Position numbers and translations under genes: made by a program. 64,000 nucleotides of DNA, taken from contig NC_057720.1 of assembly GCF_004010195.1 (NCBI RefSeq), positions 10,262,530 through 10,326,529 of the forward strand, given 5' to 3'. Position 1 is the stretch's first letter; every line of letters starts with the position of its first letter. Source of the DNA: Chiloscyllium plagiosum. Its lineage: Eukaryota. Shown here piece after piece: positions 50,736 to 64,000 of the stretch. The notes beneath the pieces were generated by a model, which saw only the letters and a program-made list of their open reading frames with translations, was not told the origin of the DNA and ran no database searches.

Positions 50736-51479
50736 CTGGAAATTTGGCTGCCCCGATGTTTTTCCAGCACCAAAAATATCCCAAACAAGCTGCAGTATTG
50801 GACCTACTGACATTTTGACTCGGTATTTTAAAAGAATTGCTGCAAATCCTACCATAGCCAGCATCACATAGTGCCTTATAAGATTTTACACATGGTCTAT
50901 TTTATTCATTGAATTTAAATTTCACCAGTTGCTTTGTGGGATTTGAGTGTGTGTCCCCAGAGCATTAGTCTGTGCCTTCAGTCCAGTAACATTATCACTA
51001 TCCACACCATAATATATAAACATATCGGAATAGTTAGTGCTGAATCTTACAAACCACTGCAGGCTAGCACATTGCTGAAACAAATGTCAGTATTGGAGTT
51101 TCTCACAGATCCAAAATCCAATTACTTCTCTGGAGTATTAAAACTCAATGCACTTATTGTGGTAGAAAATGTAGTTTATTTAGGAATATATATTTTTGAT
51201 TACTTTAAAATGTTAGCTCAAATATTAACACTGCTGGAATTATGGAATAATTAACATTCTCACCTTGAGAACAGACTGTACATCGAAACATCAGCATCTT
51301 CTTTTGACAAGTAGAAATAAGATAATAGTGTGGATATGTTCTTAAGTATATACTGTGCTTTCTGTAAAGACTCCATTCATTTGTAATAGTTTCTCTGTCT
51401 CCAGTGCACCCATCTGATAATACCATTGTCAAGGCCATGAGGTGTAAAATCTCTCTCTTGTACGTCAATTGAAGAACAA

Positions 51480-54135
51480 TGGCAGGATGTTGTCTCCTTG
51501 CTGAGAAGGCAATAGGTGCATACAAGTGGGGGGTAATTGTGATAGGTTGGTTGGGAGGGTGGAGCAGATAGATGGGAAGGAAGTTGAACAGGTAGGACAG
51601 TTCAAGAGGGCGATGCCGAGTTAGAGGGTTGGATCTGGGATGAGGTGGGGGGCTGTGGGGTGCTGGAGGGGAGATAAGGAAACTGTTGATGTTGGCGTTG
51701 ATGCCATGTGCCTGAAGGGTCCCAAAGCGGAAGATGAGGCTTCCGTCCTCCAGTGATCAGGTGGCTTGGATTTGGTGATGGAGGAGGCACAAGTCTTGGC
51801 AGATTTGGAGGGGGAGTAGAAGTGGTCAGCTACAGGGCGGTGGGATTGTTTGGTGCATGTGTCCCAGAGATGTTCCCTGAAACGCTCTGTAAGTTGGTAT
51901 CCTGAATCCCTAATGTAGAGCGCATCGAGACCAACAGACACAGTAGATAAGGTGGGTGGGTGTGCAGAAAAATCTCTGTCGGGTGTGGAAGGATCCTTTA
52001 GGCCCTTGGATGGAGGCGAGTAGGAGGGGTGGGCACAGGTTTTACACCTTTTGCAGTGACAGGGGAAGGTGCCGTCAGTGAAGGGAGGGGGTTGGTGGGC
52101 GGTGTTCACCTAATGAGGGAGTCGTAGAGGGAATGATCTCTGTGAAATGCAGATAGGGGTTGGGAGGGAAATATATCTCTGTTGGTGGTGTCTGATTGCA
52201 GGAGGATGATGCACTGTATCTGGATATTAGTCGTGTGGAAGGTGAGGACCTGGCCGAGGGGGGTGCGGTTCTATTCTGTGTTGTGATTGAAGGGGTAGGC
52301 TTCAAAGGCGGAGATGCAGGAAGTGGAGAAGATGTACTGGAGAATATTGTTGACCATATGGGAGGAGAATTTGTGGTCCCTGAAATAGGAGGCCACCTGG
52401 GATGTCCTGGAGTGGAGCTGCCCCTCCTGGGAGCAGATACAGCGGAGGCGGAGGAATTGGGAGTAAAAGATCGCATTTTTACAGGGGGGGTGGGGTGTAG
52501 CCGAGGTAGCTGTGGGAGTCAGTGAGTTTGAAGTTGGTTGCTGGAGATGGAGAGGTCCTGGAAGGGGAGAGCAGTGTCTGAAATGGTCCGGGTGAAGTTA
52601 AGAACAGGGTGGATGGTGTTGGTGAAGTAAATGGCCTATTCAACCTCTGCGTGGGAGCAGGAGGTGGCACTGATACAGCGGAGGAAAAGGTACGGGTTGG
52701 TGCCAGTGTAACTGCAGAAGATGAAGTATTCCATGTATCCAATGAAGAGTCAGGTTTAATTAGGGGCCATGCAGGTGTCCATGGCTACCCCTTTGGTCTG
52801 AAGGAAGTGGGAGGGTTTGAAGGGGAATTTGTTGAGGGTAAGGACCAGTTCCACCAATCGAATAAATGTGTCAGTGGAAGGGTACTGGTTGGGTCGGCAG
52901 GAGTGGAAGAAACGGAGGGCTTGGAGGCCTTCGTCATGGTGGGTGGATGTGTACAGGGACAGGATGTCCATCGTGAAGATGAGGCATTGGGTGCCAGGGA
53001 AATGAAAGTCATGGTGAAGTTGGAGTGAGTGGGCGGTGTCCTGCATTTATGTGGGGTGATCCTGGACCATGGAGGACAAGACGGTGTCAAGGTACGCAGA
53101 GATAAGTAGTTTTTACGGGAGTTGGGGAGGGAGGAGGAGACACTATCCCTTACTCCCAATTCCTTCACCTCTGCCACAATTGCTCCCTGGACGACCAATT
53201 CCACTCCAGAACATCCAGATGGCCTCCTACTTCAAGGACCATAATTTCCCTCCCAGGTGGTCAACAATGCACTCCACTGCATCTCCTCCACTTCCTGGCA
53301 TCTCCACCCTTGAACCTCACCACTCCAACTGCAACAAGACAGAACACCCCTAGTCCTCACCTTCCACCCCACCAATCTCTTGATACGACAAGTCATCCTC
53401 CGCCATTTCTGTCACCTACAGTCAGACCCCACCACCAGAGATTTATTTCCCTCCTCACCCATTTCACATTCCGCAGAGACCATTCCCTCTGTGAATCCCT
53501 CATTAAGTCCAAGACACCCACCAACCCACCTTCAAACCGACACCTTCCCTTGCCACTGCAAGAGGTGTAAGACCTGAGCCCATACCTCCCTCCTCACCTC
53601 CACCCAGGCTCCAAAGGATCCTTCCACATCCCACAGAGATTTTCCTGCACCTCCAAACACCTCATCTACTGTGTGTGTTATTCTCGGTGTGGTTATCTCA
53701 GTGGGGAGATAGGACGCCAACTTACAGAACGTTTCATTGAACATCTCTTGGACACCATGGGCCTCCTCCAGTGCTAAACTCTAGCCACCCGATGCCGGGA
53801 GAAAGAACACCTCATCTTCCGCCTTCGGACCTTCCAACCATAAGGGATTAATGTCGATTTCACCAGTTTCTTCATCTCCCTCCCCCCTCCTTATCCCAGA
53901 TCCAACCCTCCAACTCAACACTACCCTCTTGACTTGTTCTACCTGTCCACCTTCCTTCCCACCAATCAGCTCCACACTCTACTCCATCGTATCACTATCA
54001 CTTTCCACCTTAATCCACCTAGCACATTCATTGCTCCCTCCTGCCCAGTCCCACATCCCATTAATCTCTCAGCTCCCTTGGCATGCCCCTCCCCCCCACC
54101 CCTACATTCCTGATGAAGAGTTTATGCTTGAAACC
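51480..54135. mobile_element. Penelope-like element remnants: - strand RT and GIY-YIG (about 51480-53100), + strand copy (about 53110-54135, end resumes 58802-58906)
   Basis: MDILSLYTS, LVELVLTLN, HFLQTKGVAM (RT); TFPCHCKRCKTCAH, ERFREHL, PVADHF (Zn finger and GIY-YIG). Confidence 0.88.
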
Positions 54136-54389
54136 TTTTCCTGTCCGGGAGCAGCAGGAGACAGTGGAGGTGATATGGAGATCAGGAGGGTGCTGGGAAG
54201 GTAAGGACTTAGTATATATTTGGGCAGCAGCTAAACCCAAGAAACTGCATGTGTTGTATCTCTCTCCCGCACCACACCCTCTGCTAAACAAAAGAAAAAG
54301 ACTCCGTAAGGTAAGGTTTTTATTTTTCTTTTCTTTGATATATTTAAGTGCATTGTTTGGTTTTAGTTTGTTGACATAAAGCTAAGGCT

Positions 54390-54603
54390 AGGAGAAAGTG
54401 AGGACTGCAGATGCTGGAGACCAGAGTTGAAAAGTGTGGTGCTGGAAAAGCGCAGCAGGCCAGGCAGCATGTGAGGAGCAGGAGAATTGACGTTTCGGGC
54501 ATAAGTCCTTCTTCAAGAAGAAGGGCTTATGCCCGAAACGTCGATTCTCCTGCTCCTTGGATGCTGCCTGGCCTGCTGCGCTTTTCCAGCACCACACTTT
54601 TCA
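54390..54603. mobile_element. Young Penelope-derived palindromic insert in the CR1 5' UTR
   Basis: Near-perfect arms of about 88 bp; 16-bp TSD acataaagctaaggct/acataaatctaaggct. Confidence 0.88.
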
Positions 54604-56683
54604 ACATAAATCTAAGGCTTACAATGGCAGGGGACCTCAGACCCGTGGTGAGTGCCACTTGCTTGATGTGGGAGCTCAGAGATGTGGCTGATGTTCCTGA
54701 TTCTTACACTTGCAAGAAATGTGTCCAGGTGCAGCTCTTGTTTGACTGTATGATGGCTCTGGAGCTGCAGATGGACTCACTGTGGAGCATCTGCAATGCT
54801 GAGGAGGTCGTGGATAGCATATTCAGTGAACTGGTCACACAGCAGGTTAGAATTGCTGAGGGAGACAGTGAATGGGTGACCAAAAGGCAGAAAAAGAGTA
54901 GGAGGGCAGTGCAGGTGTCTCCTGTGGTCATCTCCCTCCAAAGCAGGTATACCATTTTGGATACTGTTGAGGGAGAGGGGTCACCAGAGGAGGGCAGCAG
55001 TTGTCAAGATCATGGCACAGTGGCGGGCACTGCTGTTCAGAAGGGTGGGGAAAAGACTCGTAGGGCCATCGACATAGGGGATTCTATTGTAACGGGAGTA
55101 GATAGGGGGTTCTGTGGCTGAAAATGGGACTCCTGGATGGTATGTTGCCTCCCAGGTGCTCGGGTCAGGGATGTCACCTATCGGCTGCAGAGCATTCTAA
55201 AAGGGGAGGGTGAACAGCCAGTTGTCTTGGTGCATATAGGCACCAATGATATAAGTAAAAAACGAGATGAGGTCCTGAAAGCAGAATTCAAGGAGCTAGG
55301 AGAGAAGTTAAAAAGGAGGACCTCAAAGTAGTGATCTCGGGATTACTACCAGTGCCACGTGTTAGCCAGCGTAGAAATGAAAGAATGGTCAGGATGAACA
55401 CGAGGCTTAAGGGATGGTGTAGGAGGGAGGGGTTCAGATTTGTTGGACAATGGGACCGGTTCTGGGGAAGGTGGGACTATTACAAATTGGACGACCTACA
55501 CCTGAACCAGACTGGAACTAATGTCCTTGGGGGAGTTTTTGCTACTGCCGTTAAGGAGGTTTTAAACTAATGTGGCAGGGGGCTGGAAACCAGAAGAGAA
55601 GACAAGTAGACAGTGAGGTGGAAACAAGAGACTGTAAGAATCATGAAGTTAACTTTAATAAGGGGAAGATTAGGCAGAGAGCAGATGAACGCAAAAGAAC
55701 TGGTGGCCTAAAGTGCATATAATTTAATCCAAAGAGTGTAGTGTCTAAGGCAGATGAACTTAGGGCTTGGATTGGTGCCTGGGAGTATGACATTATTGCA
55801 ATCACAGAGACTTGGTTGAAGGAAGGGCCTGATTGGTAACTAAATGTTCCAGGGGATAGATGCTTCAGACAGGACAGGGAGGGAAGTAAAAGGGTGGGGG
55901 TTGAAGTTGCATTGCTGGTCACGGTTGATATTACGGCTGTGCTAAAGGAGGACACTATGGAGGGCTTGAGTAGTGAGGTATGATGGGTGGAGCTGAGAAA
56001 TAAGAAGGGTGCAGTTACATTGTTGGGGCTGTACTACAGGCCTCCCAACAGTGAGCATGAGGTAGAAGAACAAATAGGTAAATAAATTATGGAAAGATGT
56101 AGAGGCAACAGGGTGGTGGTGATGGGAGATTTTAATTTTTCCAACATTGACTGAGATACACGTACTGTCAGAGATCTGGATGGGGCAGAATTTGTAAGAA
56201 GCTTCTAGGAGAGTTTTCGAAAGCAGTATGTCATTAGTCCGACGAGCGAAGGGGCCATATTGTACCTGGTACTGGGGATCGAGCCAGACTAGGTGGTAAA
56301 TGTTGCGGGGTGGATTTGTATGGGAACAATGACCACAATTCTGTAAGTTTTACAATACTTGGAGACAAAGATGAGAGTGGTCCTAAGGGAAGAGTAATAA
56401 AAACTGGGCCAAGGCCAATTATATCAAAATTAGGCAGGAGCTGGAAAATGTGGATTGGACACAGCTATTTGAAGCAAGTCCACATTTGATATGTGGGAGG
56501 CATTCAAAGATAGATTAAAGATAGCGCAGGTCAGCCATGTCCCATTAAAAGCAAAGGATAGGAAAGGCAAGATTTGTGAACCGTGGATGACAGGAGAAAT
56601 CATACGACTAGCCAAGAGAAAAAGGGAAGTGTACATAAGGTCCAGGCAGCTAAGAACAGAACAGGCCTTGGAGGAATATCAGG

Positions 56684-57117
56684 AAGGTAGGATCAGTCTT
56701 AAACAAGGAATCAAGTCGGCTAAAAGGGGTCATGAAGTAGCTTTAGTGAGCAGAATTATGGAGAATCCCAAAGCATTTTATTCTTCTATAAGATGCAAGT
56801 GGTAACTAGAGAAAGAATTGGTCCACTAAAGGATAAGGAAGGAAGGCTGTGTGTCAAACCTGAGAAAATGGGTGAGAATCTGAATGATTACTTTGCATAA
56901 GGTAGGATCAGTCTTAAACAAGGAATCAAGTCGGCTAAAAGGGGTCATGAAGTAGCTTTAGCGAGCAGAATTATGGAGAATCCCGAAGCATTTTATTCTT
57001 CTATAAGATGCAAGTGGTAACTAGAGAAAGGATTGGTCCACTAAAGGATAAGGAAGGAAGGCTGTGTGTCAAACCTGAGAAAATGGGTGAGAATCTGAAT
57101 GATTACTTTGCATAAGG
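56684..57117 (+). repeat. 215-bp tandem duplication inside CR1 ORF2
   Basis: Two copies with three substitutions seen; AAGG at all three junctions. Confidence 0.93.
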
Positions 57118-60100
57118 AGAGGGACATGATGAATTTTGAGATTAGAGACATTTGATTACTCAGATCACGTTGACGAAAGTAGCATAGGTGTGTTGGATAG
57201 GCTAGAGGTTATTAAGGTTGGACAAATTCCCAGGACCGGATGGGATCTATCCCAGGTTGCTGAGAGAGGCGAGAGAGGAAATAGCTGGGGCCCTGACAGA
57301 TATCTTTGTCACATCCTTAAACACAGGTGAGGTGCCCGAAGACTGCACGGTTGCTCATGTTGTCCCCCTGTACAAGAAGGCTAGTAGGGATATTCTGGGT
57401 AACTACAGACCAGTGAGCCTGATGTTAGTGGTGGGAAAGTTGCTGGAGAAGGTGCTGAGGGATAAAATCTATTTATATTTGGAATAGAATGGGCTTATCA
57501 GTGATAGGCAACGTGGATTTATGAGGGGGAGATCGTGCCTTACCAACTTAATAGAGCTCTTTGAGGAAGTGACCAAGTTGATAGATGAAGGAAGGGCTGT
57601 AGATGTCATATACATGGACTTTAGTAAGGCGTTTGATAAGGTTCCCCATGGTAAACTAATAGAGAAAGTGAAGTCACATGGTATGCAGGGTGTTCTGGCT
57701 AAAAGGATAAATAACTTGTTGAGCAACAGGAGACAGAGTAGTAGTAGTTGAAGGGAGTTTCTCGAAATAGAGAAAGGTGACCAGTGGTGTTCCACAGGGG
57801 TCAGTATTGGGGCCACTGTTGTTTGTGATATACATAAATGATCTGGAAGAGGGCACTGTTAGTATGATCAGCAAGTTTGCAGATGACACGAAGATTGGTG
57901 GAGTCGCAGAAAGCATAAGGGACTGTCAGAGAATACAGGAGAATACAGATAGACTGGGGAGTTGGGTGGAGAAGTGGCAGATGGAGTCCAATCCAGGCAA
58001 AAGTGAGGTGATGCATTTTGGGAAATCTAATTCGAGAGCGACTTATACAGTAAATGGAAGTGCCTTGGGAAAAGTTGATGAGGAGAGAGATCTGGGAGTT
58101 CAGGTCCATTGTACCCTGAACGTTCCTGCATAGGTGGATAGAGTGGTCAAGAAGACATATGGTATGCTTGCCTTCATCGGACGGGGTATTGAGTATAAGA
58201 GTTGGCAGATCCTGTTAAAATTGTACAATGCATTAGTTCGGCCGCATTTAGACTACTGTGTACAGTTCCGGTCTCCACATTACCAAAAGGACGTGGACGC
58301 TTTGGAGAGGGTGCAGAGAGGGTTTACGAAGATGTTGCCTGGTATGGAAGATGCGAGCTGAAGAGAGGTTGAGTAGGTTAGGATTATTTTCATTAGAAAA
58401 AAGGAGATTGAGGGGGTGACCTGTTTGAGGTTTACAAAATCATGACGGGAATAGATAGGGAAAATAGAGGTAAGCTTTTCCCAGGGTGAAGGATTCAATA
58501 ACGAGAGGTCACGCTTTCAAGGTGAGAGCTGAAAAGTTTAAGGGGGATTCACATGGCAAGTACTTTACACAGAGGATGGTAGGTGACTGGAACGCATTGC
58601 CAGCAGAGGTAGTAGAAGCAGGCACAGTAGATTCATTTAAAATGCTTCCTGACAGATGCATGAGTAAGTGGAGAGCAGAGGGATACAGATGCTTAGGAAT
58701 TGGACGACAGGTTTAGACAGTAGATTTGGATTGGCTCAGGCTTTGGGGGGCTTCAAGAACCTGTTCCTGGGCTGTGAATTTTCTTTGTTCTCTTTGTCTT
58801 TGAAATGTCGACTCTCCTGCTCCTCAGATGCTGCCTGACCGGCTATGCTTTTCCAGTGCCACACGTTTTTACTCTTATCTCCACCATCTGCAGTCCTCAC
58901 TTTCTCACATTGAAGTGTCAAGTGCCAGACTGCTTCAGGATGGTCTGCAAAGTGGTCGTCTAATTTTTCATCGGTTTTCCAAATGCAGAGGACACCTGAA
59001 GTGGACAGTAGTTTATTCACACTGGCAATGTTCATTCAAAGGATTGTTTGGTACTCGGGATGTGTTGAGTGTGCTTCTGCTTAGATGTACAGATGCAAGG
59101 ATATGAAAAGCAAGCAATGCACTGGTGAGAACATGAGCCAGCTGTCCTGGACAGAACTGCCCCTTTAAAGATGAGGAGCTTAAAGTTGGGTTCATGTGGA
59201 GTTGTGGAAATCACAGGTGATGACAGTGAAGCCCGCTGCAGTGGGAGATGGACCCGAGCACTGTTTGAGGAAGGAACAAGGGTGAATGCAGTTTGGGAAA
59301 TGAAGCAGTTGAACATCCTGCCAAGGTAGTGGCTCTTTAAATGAGGTAAAAGGGAGAGATTTTACACATCATGGTGTTGATGATGGTATTATCGGATGGA
59401 ATGCAGTGGAGACAGAGAAACGATCACAAATGTATGGACTGTTTCCAAGTAGCACGTTGAGTATTTAAGAATCTATCCACAGCATTATCTTATTTCCATT
59501 TGTCAAAAGAAGCTTCTGATGTTTAGATGCACAATCTGTTCTCCATGATGAGAATGTTAATTGCTCAACAATCCCAGCAGTTTTCGGATTTAAACTCATA
59601 ATCGAAACAACATTTTCTACCACAATAAATGCACTGAGTTTTAATGAATGAATACTCCAGGGAACAGTGACAAATGACACTGAATGTGTGAGCAACTTCA
59701 ATACTGACTTACATTTATGACATTTTGTTTCAGCAATGTGTTGGCCTCCAGTGGTTTGTGGGATTCAGCACTAACTGTTCCCATATATTTATATGTTATG
59801 GTGGGGATAGTGATAATGTTACCTGACTGAAGGCCCAGGCTAATACGTTGGGAACACAGGTTCAAATCCCACCCCAGTTGGTAAAATTTAAATTCAATAA
59901 ATAAAATAGATCATGGGGTACAATCTTTTCAGGGACTGTGTGATGCTGGCTTTGGTAGGATTTCCAACAGAAATTGATGAAAACCCTGGTGAGGCCCAAT
60001 ATAACAGGAGCATATTTGTGCACTTCTTAATACTTTCAAAATGCAATGCAGCAAGTGTCTGGCTAGACAGTGGCAAATTACAACTAAGATGATTATTACC

Positions 60101-60237
60101 TGTTAAGCATCTTGTTAATGGCCCAACTCACCAACAACCTTCCATCCTCACATTCCAATCACTAAGTCTGCACTATCAGCATCCTTCCTCTTCCATTATT
60201 GCATGAATGCTGCCCCTTCTCCATACTTCACATCAGC

Positions 60238-60870
60238 TCTGATGAAGAGTCATCTAGATTCACAAGTCAAAGAGTGTGGTGCTGGAAAAGGACAGCAGGT
60301 CAGGCAGCATCCGAGGAGCAAGAGAATCGATGTTTCGAGCAAAAATTCTTCATCAGGAAGAAGAGCTGATGAAAAGCTTATGATTAGATTAGATTCACTA
60401 CAGTGTGGAAACAGGCCCTTCGACCCAACAAGTCCACACCGACCCTCTGAAAAGCAACCCACCCAGACCCATTCCCCTACATTTACCCCTGACTCATCCA
60501 CCTAACACTATGGACAATTTAGAATGGCCAAAACACCTCCACATCTTTGGACGGTGGGAGGAAACTGGAGCGTCTGGAGGAAACCCATGCAGACAATGTG
60601 CAAACTTCACACAGACAGTTGCACGAGGCAGGAACTGAACCCGGTTCCCTGGCATTGTGAGGTAGCAGTGCTAATCACTGGACCACTATGCTCGAAATGT
60701 CGATTCACCTGCTCCTCGGGAACTGCCTGACTGGCTGTGCTTTTTCAGCACCACACTCTTCAACTCTAATCTCCAGCATCTGCAATCCTCACATTCTCCC
60801 GTCTAGACTGACAATGTGAGCTTGCTGTCTCGACACCCATGCTGCCCGACCTGCTGCGACTTCTAGCCTT
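60238..60870. mobile_element. Nested set: Penelope terminal fragment, palindromic insert (about 60260-60801), SINE (- 60383-60691)
   Basis: Host ctgatgaagagtcatctaga...tctagactgac with duplicated tctaga; a full SINE sits in the palindrome centre. Confidence 0.78.
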
Positions 60871-61099
60871 TTTCGCTTACAGGTCAATAAACACTTTATT
60901 GTCACTACATACACACCATTTCCTGTGAAACTTCTGTAGCTAGATAACTTGAAATACATTTCGCCCTGAAGGAAATGTTTACCTATAATCAGGAAAAGAG
61001 GAAGGAAATGTTGCGACCGATAATGTGGCTAATGGATTGTTGACCATTCTTGAATACTTGCTTATCAACCACATGAAACAATGGCACTGACTGTACCTA

Positions 61100-63440
61100 C
61101 AGCTGGATCTCATGATTTTGTCCTTTCACAGAAGCAAGGTCAGGAACTGTAACACAGAATGCGAAGGGACAAAAATAATTCCTAGAACTTTAGCTATTCC
61201 TGTAGTATGTTGTTTCCTAGCGCAAGAGTTAAGGACACCTCAAGACATTTGAAGCATATTGTTAAATAGGAGAGTGAAAAACCAACATTATTGTACACAT
61301 TGATAGGAATGACGTAGTTAGGGAAAAGATTAAGGGTTTACAGAGTGAATATAAGAGGTTGGGTAGAAGATTAAAAAACAGAACCTCAAAAGTAGGAATC
61401 TCTGGTTTATTCCTGCTGCCACACTCGAATGAAGGGGAATAAAAGGATAAAGGAGATAAATTAATGGATGAAGATGTGGTGTCATGTTCAGGGATTTGGG
61501 TTCTTGGGTCATTGGGATCTCCACTGAGGCAGAGAAGACCTGTTCAAAAAGGGTGGGTTTCACCTGAACTGGAAAGGGACCAAGATCCTCACAGGGGGAT
61601 TTACTAATTCTATTAAGAGAGACAGTAAACTATTCCAGTGGGTGTGGCGGTGGAGGGATCCCAAGTAGCAAAGTAAATAAATAGATTTGGATGGTTGTGA
61701 ATCTGAAAAGTATAATTAATTAGAAAAGACAGACAATAGCATTTCAGCGAATGAAGTTACTCTGAAGAATTAAATTGCATTTTATTTCAGTGAAAGGGGT
61801 CTTCCAGGTAAGGCTGATGAACTCTGGGCATGTTTGGGAACATGGGAGTGGGACATCATAGCTATTACAGATACTTAGCCGGGGGATGGGCAGCACTGGC
61901 AGCTCAATGTTCCGGGTTTCAGATGATACAGGAAGGATAGAAAGGGAGGCAAAAGAGTAGGGGGAGTGGCATTTTTGATTAAGGAAAGCATTACTGCTGA
62001 CACCAGAGAAGATATTTCTGAAAGATCGCCCAGTGAACATATTGGTTGGAGTTAGATATAAAAAAGAAATGATCAATCTTGATGGTCTTGTACTCTAGGC
62101 CCTTCAATAGTCCGATGGAAATTGAAGATTAAATTGGCGATTATGATCACTATACCCAAAATATACCTCCACTATTCGTAGGCAGCATGGTGGCTCAGTG
62201 GTTACCACTGTTTCCTCACAGCGCCAGGGACCTGGGATCAATTCCTACCTAAAGTGATTATCTGTCTGGAGTTTGTACATTCTCCCTGTGTCTGCGTAGG
62301 TTTCCTCTGGGTGCTTTGGTTTCCTCCCGCAATCCAAAGATGTGCAGGTCAGGTGAATTGACCATGATAAATTGAGCACAGTGTCCAGAGATGTGTAGAG
62401 TAGGTGCATTAATCTTGGGTAAATGTAAGGGAATGGGTCTGGGTGGGTTACTCCTCTGAGGGTCAATGTGGACATGTTGGGCTGAAAGGCTTGTTTCCAC
62501 ACTGTAGAGATTCTATCATTCTAAGAAATATACAGAGAGATCTCAGATATATATAAGAATAATAAGGTTGTAATCGTAGGTGATTTTAGTTTTCCAAACA
62601 CTGACTGGGTCTACCATCGTGTTAAAGATTTGGTTGGTGAAGAATTTATTATGTGGGCAGCACGGCTGCCTCACAGCACCAGAGACCCGGGTTCAATTCC
62701 CGCCTCAGGCGACTGACTGTGTGGAGTTTGCACATTCTCCCCGTGTCTGCATGGGTTTCCTACAGGTGCTCTGGTTTCCTTCCACGGTCAAAAAATGTGC
62801 AGGTTAAGTGAATTGGCCATGCTAAATTGCCCGTAGTGTTAGGTGAAGGGGTAAATATAGGGGAATGGGTCTGGGTGGGTTGCGCTTCGGCAGGTCGGTG
62901 TGGACTTGTTGAGCCAAAGGGTCTGTTTCCACACTGTAAGTAATCTAAAACTTTCCTTATTAATTTGTAATGTTCAGTCTCAAGAAGGAGCAAAATGCGA
63001 CCTTCTCTTCGGGTGTAAAACAGAACAAGTGACTGAAGTGATTAGAATTATAGAATCCCTATAATGTGGAAGCAGGCCATTCAACCCATCGAGTCCACAA
63101 TGACCCTCTGAAGAGTATACCACACTAACGCTTGCCCCATCCTATCCCTGTTATCCTGCAATTCCCATGGCTAATCTACCCAGCCTGGACATTATGGGCA
63201 ATTCAGCACAGGCCAATTAATGTGACCAGCACAACTTTCGACTGTGGGAGGAAACCGGAGCACCGGGAGGAAATCCACACAGACATGGGGAGAACGTGGA
63301 AACTGCACACAGACAGTCACCTGAGATTCCTAACACTTTGAGGGAGCAGTGCTAACCACTGAGCCACCATGCTGCCTATGAATAGTAGAGGTACATTTTG
63401 GGTATAATGATCATAATTCTATTTGTTTTAAAATAAAATT
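61100..63440 (+). mobile_element. Old CR1 fragment (ORF1 esterase end and APE) interrupted by three HE1-like SINEs (+ 62181-62523, + 62655-62947, - 63042-63376)
   Basis: Collinear with the CR1 at 43950-45070 (ttcttgggtcattggga, cacctgaactggaaagggacc, gtaggtgatttt). Confidence 0.8.
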
Positions 63441-63496
63441 CCAAAGTACAGATTCTCGGTGGCTGCATAGCATCCTTACCTTTGCATTCAGTTGCT

Positions 63497-63853
63497 TTTT
63501 CAAAATTCATTCACAGGATCAGGGTGTCACTGGCTGGGCTGGTATTTAATATCCATCCCTAATGGCCCCAAGGGCAGTTAAGAGTTAACCACATTACTGT
63601 GGGTCTGGAGTCACGTGTGGGTCAGACCAGGTAAGCATGGCAGATTCTTTCCAGAAAGGATGTGAGTGAACCAGATGGGTTTTTCCAAAAATCCACAATG
63701 GATTTGTGATCATCGTTACACTCTTAATCCTGGATTCATATTGAATTCAAATTCCACCATCAGGCAAGGTTGGATTTGAATCCAAATTCCAACATTATCT
63801 GAGCCTCTGGATTAACAGTCCAGTGATAATAATGCTCAGTCATTGCCTCCCCA
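63497..63853 (-). mobile_element. SacSINE/Deu-SINE-like element, full length
   Basis: tRNA-like head, central gatggtggaatttgaattc...gactccagacccacag, tail attagggatgg...ccagtgacacc...gaatgaat. Confidence 0.75.
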
Positions 63854-64000
63854 TTTAAAGGGTCAGTCTAGAATACCCAGAATGAGGATATTTCTACAAA
63901 AAAGAAAAACTGCCAAGGTAAGGTTCTACCATCCGTGCTTAACTCAAGAACTAAAAAAAAGCATCAAATTTACGGTAAAAGCATAAATTTACTTTCTAAA

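Larger units (their letters stand above)
54136..58800 (+). mobile_element. Near full-length degraded CR1 LINE
   Basis: ORF1 from about 54624 (CKKCVQ, IGDSIV, VHIGTND); ORF2 APE and RT motifs; tail ttctttgttctctttg. Confidence 0.93.

Noticed and set aside
54411..55121. 236-aa ORF that looks like a novel fusion protein
   Set aside because: Chance read-through from a palindromic insert into a disrupted CR1 ORF1.

Overview
Eukaryotic, repeat-dense DNA, almost certainly from a shark/elasmobranch (inference from HE1/V-SINE-like SINEs, CR1 LINEs and Penelope-like elements), with four N gaps (3768-3966, 30740-31255, 44434-44549, 45903-46214). The only host gene is a spliced, plus-strand pseudogene of the CLCA family (calcium-activated chloride channel regulator) at 13556-39115. 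Twelve exons can be read by hand against human CLCA1. They carry six in-frame stops, several frameshifts and five broken splice sites. Exons 9-10 are missing, the zinc motif reads HEWAR instead of HEWAH, and the C-terminus is hydrophobic. The rest is nested retroelements: CR1 LINEs (two near full length), a Rex/Babar-like LINE, a LINE with a tRNA/SINE-like 5' end, Penelope remnants and short Penelope-derived palindromic inserts with hammerhead-ribozyme-like cores, solo LTRs, SINEs and minisatellites. Old inverted segmental duplicates link 0.2-2.2 kb with 41-60 kb. No intact protein-coding gene was found. The best candidates for new biology are the SINE that looks like an internal deletion of a SINE-headed LINE and the hammerhead-bearing palindromic mini-elements. 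All homology calls come from reading motifs by eye, not from database searches.
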